Assembly (NCBI GenBank): GCA_036172245.1
Contig: JAYWIR010000011.1
Span: 806,001-870,000 of the forward strand
Length of the DNA stretch: 64,000 bases
Direction of reading: 5' to 3'
Source: Raillietiella orientalis
Taxonomy: Eukaryota
The first letter of the stretch is position 1; the number at the start of each line of letters is the position of its first letter. This document shows, one piece after another, positions 13,251 through 26,100 of this stretch. Below the pieces are notes generated by a model, which worked only from the letters and a program-made list of their open reading frames with translations, searched no databases and was not told the DNA's origin. The translations under genes were made by a program, and so were the position numbers.

Positions 13251-13939
13251 TGATTTCGGCAAGAGCAAAAACCGCACTGCCCGTCCGAAACAGAGTCAGA
13301 GCGCGCGCTGCCTGGCTTTGAGGACAACTCGAAGACTGTCGCCGCTTCGAAACCTTACGGACTGTTTGCTACCGTGGTGCAGACTGGATTTGGTTCCATC
13401 AGTTTGGCCCAATGAAGAATTTCAATAGCGCAAGGCAGTTTAGGGATGAGCGAGGCTGCAGAAGAAACGGAGGCATCGTTTCGCTAGATATCAGGGAACA
13501 TTTCCCGAAGGGGGGGAAACAAATCCTTTACTCCAGATGACAAAAAGTTGTAGGAAAAGGTAGCAACACCATGGGGAAGTAGCACCTGCAAATAACCCAC
13601 GTAACTATCCCTACACCAAATTTCAGCTCTTTAGGAAGGTTTTGTTCCACAAAGTTATGAGAAAGTCAAAACTCGTTGAATCCTTCTCTGCTGCACTTAA
13701 TGCCATTCATGACAAACTTTCTGGGCCCCCGAATGCTTACCAACCCTCACTCGGGGAAGTCATGGAATCTGCAAGGTAAATACTTTCCTGTCTGTGGCTT
13801 GTAGCCAAGTCACAAACTGGCCGAATTAGCCTCGTAAAGATGGGAAGTTGCATGGCAGAAGTTGTGGCAATCCACTTTGGAACCCGTTTAACCTATATAT
13901 ATATATATCCGCCGCCGAACACTTTCCTAACTTCCAGAG

Positions 13940-14880
13940 ACCTTCTTCCAGCAGGAACCAATGCATACGCATCCAATTTCCCACCATTTTTTCCAAACAT
14001 CGCCGTTTAGACAGGTGAACCCTTTCGCGATTACGTTACAAATTACCTGACCGTTTCAACACACTTTCTCAATGTAGAATTCTTATTTTGCTTGTTAGGA
14101 GCAGCTGATGCTGGTCATCCCATACCAAAGTTCGTGTAACCCTTCGTTTTACGGTATTTCAAGACACGAAGCTCCTGGTACCGGTTTGCCGAGAAGTTTC
14201 CATTCAGGTCCGATGCTCATTGATTGCTTTGGTTACATGAGTTCGTCCTAATCGTTTTTTTTTTTTTTTTTATTTAATATTGCAGACTGCTTCTGAGTTG
14301 GCAGCGCGAATTTACGAACTCCGAGCCGATGTTCAATTTACACTTAAAAGTTTTGGTAATGCTGGGATCACACCAAAAACCGAGGTGAGGGCTCTCAGAA
14401 CGGCATCGACTCTTTCCGCCGGGCAGCATTCGAAGTTTTTTCCGTAGAGTGGAAGAAAATCCGCGGGTGTTCGCCATGGAGTGCAATCATTCTTCCACAA
14501 CCTTCATGAAATCCTTCTTTGCACGCAAACGCCGGCGGTCCTCACCGTCATCCTTGAGATTATTCGGAATCAAAGTGTAGTATCTGTTCTTACCAGCTTA
14601 ATATCGGAATACTTCTGTGGTGAGCTTGCGGTGTGTGTCGGTATCGATCCACCTTTAAGGTCACCATTTCTCCGCCGCACTTGCCTCGGGGTCTACGGCT
14701 GTATTTCACGCAAAACTGCACTCGTTTACGAGGCTGAGCTCGAACAGATCTGTAGCATGTGCTCGCTCGGGATGGAGTGGACCTCTCTACGTGCTCCGCA
14801 TGGCGAGAAAGACGTGTGCAACGTCAACGGTTGCTCGGCTGCACTTGAAGAAGCCACGAAGATGCATCGCCCGCGGCACG
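13940..14880 (+). mobile_element. Decayed non-LTR RT relic, clade uncertain, interrupted by a U2 fragment
   Basis: PIPK/CNPSFYGIS (~IPK..NYRGIS), AGITPK, AGQHSKFF, GVRHG/CNHSSTTF (~GVRQGC.LSP.LF), LVYEAE (~YADD), in order. Confidence 0.45.
14569..14612 (+). ncRNA. U2: U2 snRNA fragment (branch-point recognition sequence plus stem IIa); non-functional
   Basis: ATCAAAGTGTAGTATCTGTTCTTACCAGCTTAATATC differs at about one position from the metazoan U2 sequence as I recall it (ATCAAAGTGTAGTATCTGTTCTTATCAGCTTAATATC). The U2 5' end is absent. Confidence 0.9.
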
Positions 14881-17800
14881 ATGGAGTCAGGTGACCATGC
14901 CTTGAAATGTAGGAGCAAATTTTCCCGAAATCCATGCCCCGGAGGGGCAGATGGCGGTCCGCGGAGAGAATTTGCAGGCACAAAGATCGACCTACCCCGT
15001 GTCCATTATTTTCCTCAAGGAACACTATAAAGGCATACATTTGCGGCATTTCTTCGATCGTTCTTTTACTCCACGTTTCTATTAAGATATAAAGAAAGTT
15101 CATTACACCCTACAATTTTTGACATGGCTTGCACATTGGCTTTCGTAAATTTTCCCTCACGAAAAGTTACGGTGCATGGAATTTTAATGCACAGCTACTT
15201 CAATTTATTGTGCCTGCGGTTTTTCCCGAGGATGATGAGCATTTTTCTTGTAGACTTACGCTCTTTCATTCAAAACGCTGGAATTACACTTAAAGAGTTC
15301 TGTTATTTTGAGAACCTTGTAAAGCAATATTTTTGGTTTACTTCTAGCACTTACTGTGCTCTGTATGTATTTTGACAAATTCTGCTAAACATTTGTTTGC
15401 TTTTTTTCCTGCTATTATTTTCATGTTCACAAACGTGTATTCTTATCGTTTTTCTCTTTCTGGGTACCAACACTGAGTTGGATCTATGCTTCAGGTTTTC
15501 AAAACACTCAGTGCACAATTCCTGTATTTGCAAATAGAGCACACAAAAATTCATTCTTTATTTACAAAACATTCTTCGGGCAAGCGTGGCAACCCTACCT
15601 TTTTCCTGTTTTATTAATCTATTATTTGCAGTGTATTCATGCATGTGTTTTAAGGGTACTTATTAGATCAGAAAATCATTCCTTTGTAATAGAATTCACA
15701 ACTATGTGATGTACTTCCTATTTCATGAAACAGTCATTTTTCCCAGCACTACATGCTGATCAATCAGAAACAAACATTACACAAGAACTTTCTTCAGTTA
15801 CTCAACTGAAAAATAATTGCAGAAACATAGCAAGAATCTAAGAATACAAAAACAACATTGCCAAGTTAAAGTGTATACATTTAGTCATCACAGTAATGCT
15901 ATAAGCAGGCCTTATTCCCTATGCAATTAACATTCTCTATGTTGATTTTCAACAACTGCTCAACTGTAACCTAAACCAGAAATAAATGCAACTTTACCCA
16001 CAATGTAAACTGTATGGTTCCATTGTGAAGCCAGAATGAAATATGGTACAACAAAGCTGCAGTTAAATGGCATCCCCTAGTCTTTATGCATTTTCAGCAC
16101 ATTCTCTTAAAATATCAAAATGCATTTTGTCTCTAAATCTTGATGATTGCAAGTTCTCTATTACTGCTAATAAAATAACTTGGGCTATGGCGAAAGTCAA
16201 GCAATTTTACTGGTTGTCAAAGAACAGAATTGATATGAAACGGAATGCTTTGAAAGTTGAGGTTTGCATGTGATGAAACATGCAGCTCTGTTCACATGAA
16301 CTTCACAGTACCTGAGCTACACTACACTTATATTAAATAACTTCCAATTCTACAAAAATACGCTCTTCAACAGTCATTGATATGCATATTATAACTACTA
16401 CAACATGCATGAAAGTGCATGATGCTGTTGTGCAGTGAATATATCGAGATCTACACATCCATCACTATGGATCACTACGTGTCTGCAATAACGTCTGCGT
16501 GATTTTTTTTTTATTAAAAAAACTAATCTAATATGGCTTTTTCCTTTCTTCTTCCTGATTGCTACGGCACATCCTGAAAATCTGAAATAATAATAATAAT
16601 AAAAAAAAAGGGCATACAGAAACACACACTCTGTGACCTGTTGCACGCACGTTTCTCGCTTAAAACAGACCAAATTATTTAGTTTATGTTCCAAGAATCG
16701 AGTGCGATTATTTACTTCTTTGCATCATAGAGCCTCTCAAGAAACAAATCTGAATCACGTAAGTGAAACACGTTAAACGCAACTTCATCTTAGGGTCGTA
16801 AATTCTACCTTACACATAATCTCACATCACTGCATCCGTAGTGCTTTAATTTTTGGTGCTTTTATTGTTTTTTTTTTCATTTTTCCTTGCGATGGATTCG
16901 TTAAGGTGGAGAGCGTTGCTAAGTCTAGGCACAACATAAATGGGGATTCACCGGGTTTTTTCTTTTCTTCTTTTCTTCTTCCTCTTTTTTTTTTTGTGTA
17001 GAAAGTACGGGGATGTGACCCTCCGAACCGCAATCCGTTGTAGGCTTTGCACTTTCGCCATCACAACACGCACGGCTAACGCATCAGGACTGCCGAGTCG
17101 CCGCCAGACGCTCATGGATGCCTTGCCAAACAAGTGATTCAATTATTCAGTACAATTTGGTTACACAAAATATTGAATTTTGCTTCCTTTTTTTTTTTTT
17201 TTTAAAAAAAAAAAAATCACTATGCTCTTCTAAGCGCAACGACCGCTTCGTAATTAAATCCTGTTTTTCTAAATAGTGTTGCTTGGGTAATTCAGTAAGT
17301 GTCGCTTAATACTGTTACAAGCGATTTTATTATTTTACTGTGACTTCGAATTTTGGTATAGTCGTTTATTAGCCACTTTCCTCGTATTCACAAACAAACT
17401 ACGGCCTCGAGTTTCCCACACCACCCTAATTTTAACCGAAGTGAATTAGTTATGTTAATAAGTTAGTGAATCAGCTATGAACCGTCCACTCATCCAAGGA
17501 ACAAGAAAGCAATACTCATTTATTCTATACTGTGTATACGTTCAAAATACCCATAGCTTTAAGACAATTGAAGTAAATAGTTCCATGACGTTCACCTCTC
17601 AGAGTTTCAACAAGTTTTAGGGATTTCATGTACTAGTATGTAGTTTGCAGTCAAATTCTCATAGAAGAGTTACAGATTACATATTTACCCAGTGACAACA
17701 CCCAACAGAAAGATAATCACTGCTTAGGCATGTTCAAGCAAATCTTTTCAGCTCATCATTATTCTTAAACTTTTATTTTTATAGCCGCAAGCACAAACCA

Positions 17801-18226
17801 AGTTTTCACCCCAGCAAGCCGTAAGTTAATGAATAGGATGGCTCTTTGCCTTGTTACTTGGCAGAGCTGCAAAATTCAAGGGGAGGAGACGTTTCCTACC
17901 GTTAGAATACGATACTTCCAGTGGAAACGAATTGAGCATGTGAACCTCAAATCGAAACAAAACGAGCTATTTGCAGATAGAAAAAAGAAAAGAAAAGAAG
18001 ATAATTGTGATTGTATTCTGCGAATGTCGTTAATCTTTTATACTCCTTCAAAATGCACTCCAGAAAATTGTGCTCTCAACGGACTACTGGACTGCAAAGT
18101 CGTGCTCGTACCTCTGTTGTACAAGCCATAAACATGTACGTGTACTCATGCGGAAAGTGATAAATTACGTATTACAGCATCTAATTACGCACGTGTGTGC
18201 CCTATGTACATAATGAGAGCTTGTGA

Positions 18227-18282
18227 ATTTTTACATATATATTCATGCAAATATATATGCACATGAATATATATGTAAAAAT
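18227..18282. repeat. Perfect 21 bp AT-rich inverted repeat with 14 nt loop
   Basis: atttttacatatatattcatg (18227-18247) and catgaatatatatgtaaaaat (18262-18282). Confidence 0.95.
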
Positions 18283-19689
18283 CGCTAATTTACGCACATA
18301 TGTGTTTAAAAGAATTCAAATCAAGGGTGAAAGTTATGTGAGAGATGCTTTTGCCTTCTCTGGCTCAACTCCCGCCGTTTAAAATCTTGAAGACAAGTCT
18401 TCTCGACCTTGCGCCTTTCCTACTCTTGTTTCCATCCATCCATTCCTTTCTTTGCTTGCAAATAAAAGACCTTTAACGAAGAAAAGGTTGAAGAAGAGTG
18501 TGCAATCTGAAGTTTCTTTTCGCAGCCTCTCCATTTGGCTGTTGTAAGGCATTTCTTGGGACTCAGCTCTAATGGGACTTCCAGCTAGCCAGTGTCCGTT
18601 GTTTCGGATATTCACATGCCATTAAGGAAGGGAGTCATTTCTGTATCTACAAAGTGGATCTATTACTCTTTGACCGAAATGTCCGTTGACCGGATGTTTT
18701 CACCTATGTCGAAAGAGAACTATTCACAAAAATCACTGGTAAGTGGAATCGGATTCGGGATTTCTTTCTCGAAATGCAAAGGGTTTAGAAGAGCAGCTTC
18801 TAAAGATTCATTTGGAAGTTCGTGATGCTTACTTGGGTTCAGCATTTGCACATCCCGACTACATCTGAGTGTGTCCTCATGTGATGCTTTTTTCTGGAGG
18901 AGTTTGTAACCGACACTCGACGTGCCGATGCCTTTTTCTCCAGTGAACCGGCCCTTTCAGTCTGGTACTTCCTTGTTCCGATATGAATTGAGATCCACTC
19001 TCCTTTCTTGTGATCCAATCTTTCAATCTCCTTTCCTTATTATCTACTCTCGTTTCTTGGTATCTTATGAGGAAGTGATCTCCCTCAAAGTTCCTCCGAA
19101 TCTGTTCTGATTGATCTTCAAATGAACGAACGATCTTGGATTGCATCACAAGCTGAAGGGCTTCGTTCTATCGATTTCGTCCATAAAGCGAACCACATGC
19201 AGCCGATCGAGTGATTAACGAAACATCATCATCTCCAGACGAACCTCACCTGGTGACCCTTCCGCGTTTTTCTTCAGTTTGATTCCAGTTGTCTTGGCTT
19301 TGCAGAAGCGACGGTTCCTTCGCTTCTTTCGTCCGGGATGCAGAATCTTTTACGGGAACAGAGGATCCTTTGAGGAGCTCTTCGCTCAAGTGAAGGCAAT
19401 AAGTTTTCTCGGATGCTTTTTCCATCCTTAAAGATCGAACTCTAGAACCTCCTGGTTTCTTCCAAGGAACCGAATGCTCCGAAAGAAGGAGAAGAATCAA
19501 CTTTCAGATCGATTTAATGATATATAAAGTCCACTAAATCTCTTCAAACCCCAAAAGTCATGGTGATCACTTAGTTAAAAATAAACTGATTTTTCCAATC
19601 CTCAGCCCATAGCAAGTTTGATCTCATGATCATTGCAGTTGTGGAGGAGAAGAAAACTCCTGTGGAAGTGATGGATCCCGATGACTTCT

Positions 19690-20060
19690 ATGCGTATCTG
19701 ACTTCAGACTGATCTCCGTTCATGCTTTTATCATGTGTGAGACCTGGATCGCTCCCTAGGCAAAATGCTCCAGATTTCTGTTTCATTCAAATGCACTGCA
19801 AGAATGATCAAGAGGATGCATCCACAGGACCGACAACTCATGAAAAGCACGTTTTTTTTTTTTGTGGTGATTACACTTTGACGATTGCATCCATGGTGAA
19901 TCAATTTGTTTCATTTGAACGAAGATGGACACAGCCCATGAATCAGGGAAATGATTTCACCTGAATAAAATCACCCATCTTGATTGCACTGGGTGAATTT
20001 TTAAAGGATGCAATGGCGACCAGTAGTGGCCAAACGGCATTTGAGCAATCAAGTTGCTCA
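19690..20060 (+). mobile_element. APE endonuclease fragment (LINE or Helentron type)
   Basis: AFIMCETWI (~D.I.L.ETWL) and ILIALGEF (~II.GDF). Confidence 0.35.
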
Positions 20061-20097
20061 AGTGTTGTTCATACCTTGACTTTATGCTCACGATCAA

Positions 20098-20996
20098 CGA
20101 GGCTCATTTCAAAATCAAGAGCCGATCGGATACCAAGAAAGAACAAACGAGAGATACAGAAATGGATTGGTGGTTCGAAACACATTCATCCCCATGTCAT
20201 TTTTCTACGTAGTCATCAGTGCCCCCCCCCCCCCCCCCAAACACTTTTGATACCGTGGAAGAAGCTTTTCGAGACCTTCTGCATCAAATTCCTCCGCCTG
20301 AGACTTCAGCAGCACCGCAGTTTTCAACTTCACGCTCTCCCCCTCGAGTTGTTGGGCCACTTCTTGAGGCGCAAGAAGAAGTGGTAGTCGCTGGGCAGGG
20401 CTGTGTGATGGGTGATCAAAAAGTCCCCATTCGAAGTTCCGAATTGTCCGGAATGCGCAGACAGCAGTGCGTGGGACCGAAAAGGTGTGCTTTTGGTGGA
20501 CCTTATGGAGCCTGGATCGCAACCACCACTTCGCAAGTCCACTGTGAAAAACCCTCGAAACTGCGGCGTGCCATTTAGCAAAACCGACGACGTGGAATGC
20601 CGAGGTCAGGAGTTCTTCTCCCTCACGACCACGCGCGCCCACACACTGCTGTTCAGAAATTCAAATGGGAACTTTTCGATCACCACCTCACAGTCCTGCC
20701 CAGTGACGGGACCACGTCTTCCCTCACCTCCAGGGGTGGCTCAGCGATTCGAGGGGGAAGGCGAGGAGTTGAAAGCTGCGGTGCTGCTGAACTGGATGAA
20801 CTCCCAGGAGGCGGCGGCGGAATTTCATGCAGACGGTTTCAAGGAGCTTCTTCCGAGGCATCAAAAGTGTTTGGATACCAATGGTGGTGACTACGTAGAA
20901 AAATGGCACGAGGGTGTATGTGTTTTGAACCGCCAGTCCATTTTTGTTTCTCTTATTTCTTCCTTCCTTATATCCGATGGGCCGTGATGCGCCTCG
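20098..20996. mobile_element. Non-autonomous fold-back mariner derivative
   Basis: Plus strand: WDRKGVLLVD, LRRAI, HDHARPHT, FKWELFDH, LLPRHQKCLDTNGGDYVEK. The same C-terminal part recurs on the minus strand at 20119-20443. Termini acgaggctcat (20097-20107) and atgcgcctcgt (20987-20997) are inverted at 10/11. Confidence 0.9.
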
Positions 20997-21429
20997 TGCA
21001 ATTGGGTGTGTCCTATGAAACAACTACATACACCAGAAAATGGGCATATGCAGCACGTGTGTTGCATTTTCAAGCTGTGTGCGTGAAAATTCGCGTTGCT
21101 GAATGGATACATGAAATCATTCAATAGAGTCGTGCCTGCTGGGGAAATGCTGCAGATACCCTGGGAAAGGGGAATTTCAGAAGTACAGTCAGCAGGTGCG
21201 CATCCCGAAGCACCTGGCAGATTGATCAGAAGATGAGAAATGCAACACCAGAGCTAAGCTTTCTCGGAAGAGCGAAGGAACTTCTCCTAGGGAGCGAAAT
21301 TTCCCAATATCTGAACAGGAAGAATCGCTGTTGAGCTGAATCTTGGCTGTCAGTTTTGATACGTGCAGACTCATCAGTGGCAGTTGGCGATAAATCAGTA
21401 TTGGGTGTCATGGAGTGGGAAAATATGCC

Positions 21430-22116
21430 AATAACAGGAAGCTCGGAGTAATATATTGCTCAGATACATCTTTTGATGAAGAGCAAGAGCCGCTCTCCTG
21501 TAAACTGAATTCGCAGTTTAAAGTCGGAAATCCCCGATGCCCCACGTTCGCCGCGTGCCCCGAAGAGGAATTTCGGACTGCTGCCAGCAGCACACGCCCG
21601 GAGAAGAAGCTGGACGTTTTTGCTCGAGTTCTTCCGAAGATTTGCCATGGATGCATGCGTGAGATCGGATCCGGGATGCGAGAAAAATTCGCCTCCGTCA
21701 ATTATCGACCGCTCAGTCGAACAGAAAATGAACATCGACTTTTCGAGAAGCTCCCGGAAAGAACGAATTTCGAGCGATCGTCTGATTCGGCTTGCCATCT
21801 CCAGCAGGGTGTCCGAGAAATCCTGGAAAACGGGAATCTGGAAAATTCCAGTCATTTTCAGTTTAGCCCAAGGTTGATCCCTGCCGGCATTTGGACGTCT
21901 CCGAGTCATGTTAGTTACTCTCGCCGATCTCGTGCTGCTATTAGGAGACAGAAAGAAAAAAAATGCAATGACATTCGAATCTAACAGATTAGCATTCATG
22001 GATCTGAATGTATTTTGCAGCACTTAGTCTGCATGCCTAAAGCTATATACCTTAATTTAATTTAATTGACGATCATCGATAGTGGATAACATACACATAC
22101 ATTTAGTTGAACAATG

Positions 22117-22168
<52 letters not shown>

Positions 22169-23700
22169 TATATTCGATTAATGGTTGACTGAATGTATTG
22201 GCGTTGCTCCTGCAAATTTGATGTAATATTTATAACATACCTCGAAAAAAGACATTTCAGATTGCTTTGATTGATGAATGCGATTACTTCTCGGAAGATC
22301 GACGATTACGTATGATGCGGTGAGGACTAGCAAAAGTATGGCACAAAACGAATCATCAAAACTTAAATGGACTTTTGAATTATAAGGTCCGATATTTATG
22401 TCCCCTCCACTCAGTGTTTTACTTCCTTTATTTCTTTCCATCTTGGCCTCATGTCCTTGCCAGTGTTTTCACCGAATACCAGGCTGGTAACGAGTTCGTC
22501 AAGACTGGTTCTGACTCGCCCCCCCCCCCCTTCTCAAATGGCCTTTCACAGTTTCCTTCAGGCCCAATAGAATTATAAATGCTAATGAAATTGGCCTTTA
22601 TATCTCATCACGGAATAGGCCGCCGTGCTTTGGTTCCCAACAAGCTGCTCGCCTTCTTCGACTGCATCATTCATTACGTTTTCGGAGATCCTTCCTCGGA
22701 CCCCGCGTTGCTATGCATTCGGTGCGTTTTTTTTCCAGGTTAGCGTTTCTTTTGAAGGAGATGGAAGCCCTCGGCACATTTCCCTCAGTTTGCCTCCCAA
22801 ACGCGCGTGCTGCACATCCTTGAAAGGATGGTTGTGCAGTTTGATCTTAGACGAATCCACCATGCTCCTACCACGAGCCCCCTCCCTGAGACGGAAAGTC
22901 TTCTTTCGATGCCTTCGGACAAATCACTCCATACTGCTCGCAAAATTTAGAATTTCATCAGCCAAAGAACAAAAAAAAGGATACGAGGAGGATCAGCACG
23001 TCGAGGATCGCAGTGCGTTTTGTCTCGCATTTTGGAGGCAGCAAAGAGTTCACCTTGGTGCAGGACGCCATGCATCGGAGTGGTGATGATGACACGAGCC
23101 GGTTCGCCATCGGGGCTTCCAGAATCATATGAAGCATGGAAGAAGAAGAAGAAGAAGAAACTCTCTATGGGAAAGTGAACTCGCGATGTCCATCCTGGGA
23201 GTGGTCCTCTACGATCGAAACGCAACCTGGGAATCGATTTCTCCACCCATGTCAGAAAGAACACGTTTAGGGATATCAGCACGGAGTTTTCTTTGTGCGA
23301 GGAATCCGACGGAATTGAAATTTTTCAAGGGGGGGGGGAGAGGGAAATTGCGCGTTTCTGGAGTACGGCTCCTGATGAGGATTCTGTTTTCAAGAGGCAG
23401 CTCCTCGTCTCAACGAATTCCATGCGAAAGGAAAGTCTAATCTCATTTTCGATCCCCCCTGTCCTTCCCTTTGAAGCACCTGTGCTGCGAGGAGCACACC
23501 AAGAAAGAGGGACCGAGAAAGAGGGCATCGTCCCTTGCGTATCCAGATTCCCGGGTGTCCTTCGCCAAGATCCGCTGCACGAGATAAGTCGTTCGCACCT
23601 TCGAGGAAACGAAACCAAACAGGCTCAAAAACTGCGCTGAAGATCGCCTGGCTCTAATTGAAATTAATCTCATCAGTCGTGGCTGCTGGTTTATCTGACG
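21430..23700 (+). mobile_element. Decayed RT relic, interrupted by AT-rich sequence at ~21960-22620
   Basis: VNYRPLSRTENEHRLFEKL (~NYRPISLLN.DYKIF.K) at ~21697-21753; SILGVVL....TW (RT7-like) at ~23190. Continuity across the gap is assumed. Confidence 0.5.
22120..22173. repeat. (TA)n microsatellite
   Basis: Directly visible, with two interruptions. Confidence 0.98.
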
Positions 23701-23799
23701 AATCATCAAATTCCACTCGGCTCTGCGATTCACTCCCGTCTTTGAGGAGATTGGATTCCCAGTTTCCTTTGCGCAACCAAACTCGCTTTTACGCGCTGA

Positions 23800-24900
23800 G
23801 AAGTGTTAATTAAGCGTTCTTGAAAGAAACCATGGAGATCGGAGGGAATAAACAGTGGGTGTCAGCCGTTCCATCAAATTACGGTCACAAGAAACTGCGT
23901 GTAGATGCTGATCTCCTTCTCCTTTCGAGGATGGGGGGAGGGGGAGGAAGGAGGAAACGAAATCACCTTGGCGGAGGTTCCAAGCGTGCTGGTGGAACCG
24001 CATTCCTGGCGAACTCAACCCATCCGCGGCTCGCGGCTCGGAATCAGCGGAGGTCTTCAGGAAGAGTCGACCGCCTGAACGCTGATATCTTCGGAAGAGA
24101 CCAAACCTTTCAACTTTTCACTAGGAGAAGAGTACTGAGTGATCTCTTACGATCGAAGGACACCTTCATGCTCCTTTATCCTTCGGAATGCAATTCCGGA
24201 AAGGTGAATCGATCCACGAAAAGACGAAGAAGCAGCTGCTGCTGCCTGAGCACTGGGAGCTTTCTGGCTCGAGATCAGGAAGAAGAAACGGCTCCTGTAC
24301 CGTCTCAGGAAATTTGGAACCTCGAAAGATCATTGCTGCCGGTGAACATATCAGATTGCGACCTTGCGGCCAACACCTCAGATTTGAGCTTCCGGGATTT
24401 ACTCGTGAGGCGCGGCTGAATACAATGCGTACGTCTGGACGTCTCCCGTCAGAGGAAGTGAAGTGCACTGCATGCGCAGAAGGTGCGCCACGTAGTGTCA
24501 ACCACCTTGTCCACCACTGTCGCACCGTGCGGTCAGTGACCAGCTGGAGAACCAAGTCAAGAAGGCCACCCCGAAACATCGGGATTCAGTAGCTTCCAGA
24601 CCAGCTAACTCTCGCACCGGAAGAGGTGAGATCTTGCCTCCTCCAGTGCCGTCTCTGGAGGGCACTCGACTTGTCCTGAAAAGGAGCGGACCCCTGCATC
24701 GGTAAGGACTTTCGTCACAGTATGGCTGGGACCTTGGGATCGGACGAGCTGAGAAGCACTGGGAGAATGGGGGATTCCGAAGAGGGGTGCGGCTCTCATG
24801 GGGAAGCGAACGATGTGTGGAAATGTCCAGTCTTCCCGCGTTAGATCGTTGGAGAGCCGCATGGGTCGCTGCCTGTTCCGAAGACCCGTCGAGGACTGCA
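23800..24900 (+). mobile_element. NeSL/Utopia-like (RLE) element, 3' relic
   Basis: EARLNT, CCHC knuckle CTAC.........HLVHHC, and the RLE tail VRTFVTVWLGPWD...ALGEWGIP....LMGKR.....SR. Confidence 0.7.
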
Positions 24901-24949
24901 ACCTCGTCGTGAAGACCACTTGGAGGAAGCTGCTCGACCCTGCCGCGAG

Positions 24950-26100
24950 GCTGGCGACAGTTCCCTGTCTTCGCCTGCCTACATGTCCCCACTAAGCGGG
25001 GGCGTAGGCATCCAAACGGGGACGTAGGTGTTTTTTCCCATCCTGGCGCAGTTGTACTTCTGGGCCCGAATTCTTGGACGGGGGCTGCGCACGTCTCTGG
25101 GGATCCCTCAACGTTGGTTGTGACGACGGCGGTCACTTGAAACTCTGGAAGGGCTACAGGATCGTCGATGTGGAGTCATCACCAAAGTTCAGGAGCGGCT
25201 TTCGGCGCTCCTGAGGGAAGAGATGCTGCTCTCGAACATCCAGCACTGCCGAAAGGTGCAGTCGAAGCACCTACGAAACTACGAAGCCTTCCAGCACAGG
25301 AGATGTCCTGTGCTGGAAGGGTTTGCAGACTCATCGTGATGACGTGTGTCGGAGGGTAGAAATTTTCGCCTTCCCTCGTTTGTTTACACCTCTCGCGCCC
25401 CACGTTGGATTGATTGTCAACAATTATGTGTGAACGGAGGTGACACTCGTCGTAACGGTGCGTTTTTGTCCCGCGATCCCGACAGAACGTCAATAGAAAA
25501 TACGCAGAGATGCAGGAGGCGTCCAAAGCCCCTTGGGATTGAAAGGGTTCTCCAGCCGGTGGAGCGCACCCCGAGTCAGCGCGGAAGAGTCAACAGCCTG
25601 GAGACTGGCAGTCAGGCTGTGAAAAGGAATCATACGGGAACTAGCAGCTGCTGCTGGTAGGAATAGGAGTTCTTGGAGGCACTGCATGAGGCGCTGAACA
25701 AGGAATCCTCCCCGGCGTGGGAAGAGAGAGGTTCGCTTCACCTTGCAAAGAGAGCGCGCGTGAGCCGCCGATCCTGTGGACTCTTCGAAAGGAGCGCTCT
25801 TCAGGTCAAGGTCACTTTGCAGGTCGACTGCCACTTTCTGTAGCACGTGCAGAAGAATCATTAGCCACAACTCTCGCAGTCGGTGGTCGTCCCTACCGCG
25901 AAAATGCTTCCAAGAAGGCCAGCTCGTCAAACGTTCACCTGAGGTCACGTCAGGTCATGTCAGATCATGTCATGTTAGGTGGGTCAGGTTAAGTTAGGCT
26001 GCCATCATCATCAGAGAGTTCTGAGAGGAAGGGCATCTTCATCCAAATGCAAAACCTCCACTCTCTTTGCCATTCGAGTCTTTTGCAGCTGCGGCGGTTC
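24950..26100 (-). mobile_element. L1/Tx1-like ORF2 relic with internal deletion
   Basis: PKGLWTPPASLRIFY, ENFYPPTHVI...GRLRSFV (RT1-2), then HIDD (~YADD) and EFGPRS.....EK (RT6). Confidence 0.5.
25940..25998 (+). repeat. Degenerate pentamer array (TCAGG/TCATG/TTAGG), about 12 units
   Basis: tgagg tcacg tcagg tcatg tcaga tcatg tcatg ttagg tggg tcagg ttaag ttagg. Confidence 0.85.

Noticed and set aside
14940..14975. GADGGPRREF resembling a HECT domain motif
   Set aside because: Isolated motif with no other HECT sequence around it.
14286..15146. Apparent spliced vitellogenin/apolipophorin-like gene (LKSFGNAG, SFTPR, plausible GT-AG introns)
   Set aside because: Part of the best-matching 'exon' is U2-derived, and the flanks fit RT motifs 2-5 in order; stops and frameshifts are also needed.
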